A DNA stretch of 64,000 bases, taken from Octopus bimaculoides. Taxonomy: Eukaryota. The position numbers and the translations under genes are program-made. A model generated the notes under the pieces. The model was not told where the DNA came from and searched no databases. It worked only from the letters and a program-made list of their open reading frames with translations. The stretch is from NCBI RefSeq assembly GCF_001194135.2, contig NC_068983.1:91090335-91154334 (forward strand), in the 5' to 3' direction. Positions 61,801 to 64,000 of the stretch are shown piece after piece (within the stretch, counting starts at the first letter, position 1; the number at the start of each line of letters is the position of its first letter).

Positions 61801-63061
61801 TACAATTGCTTGCAGCGTCAGCTTTGTTCCACAATCTGCACATCTGTAATGCCTTCACAGTGTACCTCTCTTCCGTCAACTGCCCTCACACTGCTTTCTC
61901 CACTCCATGTCTCTACCACTTCTGGAGTCATCAGGGTCGTTGTACAGCCCGTGTCCACAAGGGCTCGCGACATTTTCCCCTCCACCAGAATGTCGACTAC
62001 AGGTAACAACAAACGCGCCCCTATTGATCCGAAGGGATAATTACCGGCACATTAGTCTCCCTTAGACTGTTTCCCTGCAGACATTCGCTGGCTATATGTC
62101 CTGTTTCTCGACACCTGTAGCAAATGACCTCAGGCTTGGGTGACCTGCAGTCTCGCCCATGTACGGGCCCTGACACCAGAAACATTGTCCTTTAAATGGT
62201 CGCACACCTTCCTTGTTTGACCCCTCTCCGCTACTCCTTGCTCGGCCAGTTTTCGTTGTTGCAGTCGCTGCTACTGGCATTGTCCTGCAACATGAAACTA
62301 GCACATGAGCCCGCGATATGTCTGCCATTGCCTTGCAACTCGACCGACATGTGGTCAGGAAAACCAGTCACAAACGCTAACTTAACCGTTCGGTCCAGTG
62401 ATTCACCTTCATATCCCACCAGTTTAGCCAATCACCTGAGTTTGTTGGCAAATACATTGACCTGTTCGCCAGTCCACTTTGCTTTCCCCAGGCGAGTGTA
62501 CGCTTCGAACATTCCTTCTGCAAAGGCCTCCATCAAACGGATTTCTATTTTTTCTGCGCTAAGTTGGTCCCTTTCTTCCATTTCTAAGTAAGCGCCAACG
62601 CCGGAATATCTGGGTACAGCGGTAGAAAACTTGCTAAGTCGTCTATCCCGTGGAGCTTCGCAACCAACTTCATCTTCTTTAACCAAGCAACTACATCCGT
62701 GTCACTGCAAAATGGTTTGACTATATTGTTCAAAATTTGGACTACACTCATCATTCGTTTTTTTTTTGTTATGGGCCAAAATAGCTTGTAGTGTGATGGA
62801 GGAAAAAGACAACAGAAAAAGCAAAAGGGAGAAAGAGATACAGAGACCTTACCTGTTGACTGTGGCAGGATGAGCGATCAGTGACCAGATAAAAACACGA
62901 TCTCACACACGCCGTCTCTCATCCAACTGCCCCACATGCTTTGTGCCCATGTATGCCCCCGTGGCTCTTCCGCCAGTCCCTGCAATCTTCACTTCCGTTT
63001 ACCTCATCTGCAATCCTCTCCACCAACACCACTTAGCCCATAAGACCACAAACACCAAAGA
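58889..63061 (-). mobile_element. Complete-structure Ty3/Gypsy element in a DAAM intron: 5' LTR 62787-63061, gag-PR-RT-RH-IN, PPT 59179-59185, 3' LTR 58889-59178
   Basis: Two similar but clearly diverged LTRs. PR: LVDTGC. RT: VDLKSAYLQ, RLGFGL, YIDDILV. RH: WCDASS. IN: HHMG..CDRC, LLLDNDTAF, GNGVVERHHRTMK. Multiple frameshifts. Confidence 0.95.
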
Positions 63062-63912
63062 GACAGACTCAATGGAAATGCAATAAAATTAGAGAGACAA
63101 TTTATTTATAGTAAATAAAATAGAAAATATAGAAATATTTCAAATTAACATTTTAAAGAAATTTCAATATAATCACTGTTAGGAGCTTAAATGCTTATGG
63201 TTGGTATGTTGTAAGAATTAACTGAGGGTCATAGTTGTTAATGAGCTACAAATATTTCTTGTTTCTTTTTCAACTTAGACAAAGGTATCTTTTATTTATA
63301 TGGGACAATCAATTTGTAGTGATGGATGTTCGAACAGAACATTTCCCGTTGCACTCTCCAGATCATATGGTACACCAGTTATTTATTAATATTATGAGTG
63401 GGATCCATAGAAATTCCATGGTGTAAGTCAAAATATTTGAAAACATTCTATTAATATATTAAGCATAGGCAAAGAATTTCAAAAAATTCTTTTGAAATCC
63501 ATTTCATCTCTATTAAATATAATCAAAATAAACTGAGAAGGTTATGCTTATTTACCTTTCAATATGTTTGACAGATATGATGTGCTTCATTGTATAAGGA
63601 TAAAACTCATTCACATATATATAAAAAAACAAACTATCTTTTGCTGTCCAACCACTGCCAAGGCTCAGGCCAACTTACTTACAAAATGAAATTTTTTTAA
63701 TTTCTTTTCATTTCAATTCAGCAACCTATCTATGTTAATATCTATCAAGATATCTCATTATCGGCACATCTCTTGATATATCTGTAAACTCACCTGTCTT
63801 TCTGTCTAACTACATGGTCTCAGGCTCAATCCCACTGACCATGGGCAAATGAAAACCTTGGGAGAGAATCTGGCACAGAGAAGCTGGAAGAAGCTCATTG
63901 TGCATAAGTGCA

Positions 63913-63917
<5 letters not shown>

Positions 63918-63946
<29 letters not shown>

Positions 63947-63958
63947 AGTGTGTATGTA

Positions 63959-64000
<42 letters not shown>
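63918..64000. repeat. (GT)n/(TA)n microsatellite following a decayed SINE (about 63800-63900)
   Basis: Seen directly. Confidence 0.9.

Noticed and set aside
4434-63061. All four Gypsy elements lie on the DAAM strand
   Set aside because: The sample is small and only one element is certainly inside DAAM, given the 100-N gap.

Overview
Eukaryotic, AT-rich, repeat-dense genomic DNA with eight N-gaps. The SINE and RTE families look like those of Octopus or another coleoid cephalopod; this is inferred from pattern recognition, not a database search. The only host gene I can support is a minus-strand DAAM-type formin. Seven exons (58680 down to 37580) splice with GT-AG boundaries into one 924-nt, 308-codon frame covering the end of FH3/DID, the coiled coil, FH1 and the start of FH2. 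No earlier exons were found above 58680 and no further FH2 exons below 37580; a 100-N gap of possibly unknown size lies at 36884-36983. Most of the rest is nested, decayed transposable elements: four Ty3/Gypsy copies, two solo LTRs, one near full-length RTE LINE plus many fragments, Penelope-like elements, mariner, Tigger/pogo, hAT, piggyBac, Helitron-like elements, tRNA-SINEs and a foldback MITE. No prokaryote-type system, CRISPR array or intact RNA gene was seen. The best leads are all hypotheses: an LTR splice donor 277 nt upstream of a DAAM exon, an unexplained very AT-rich degenerate repeat block, a CpG-rich promoter-like island with candidate first exons, a candidate self-priming signal in a Gypsy element, a PHD-like finger inside the RTE ORF, and long palindromes that could form dsRNA.
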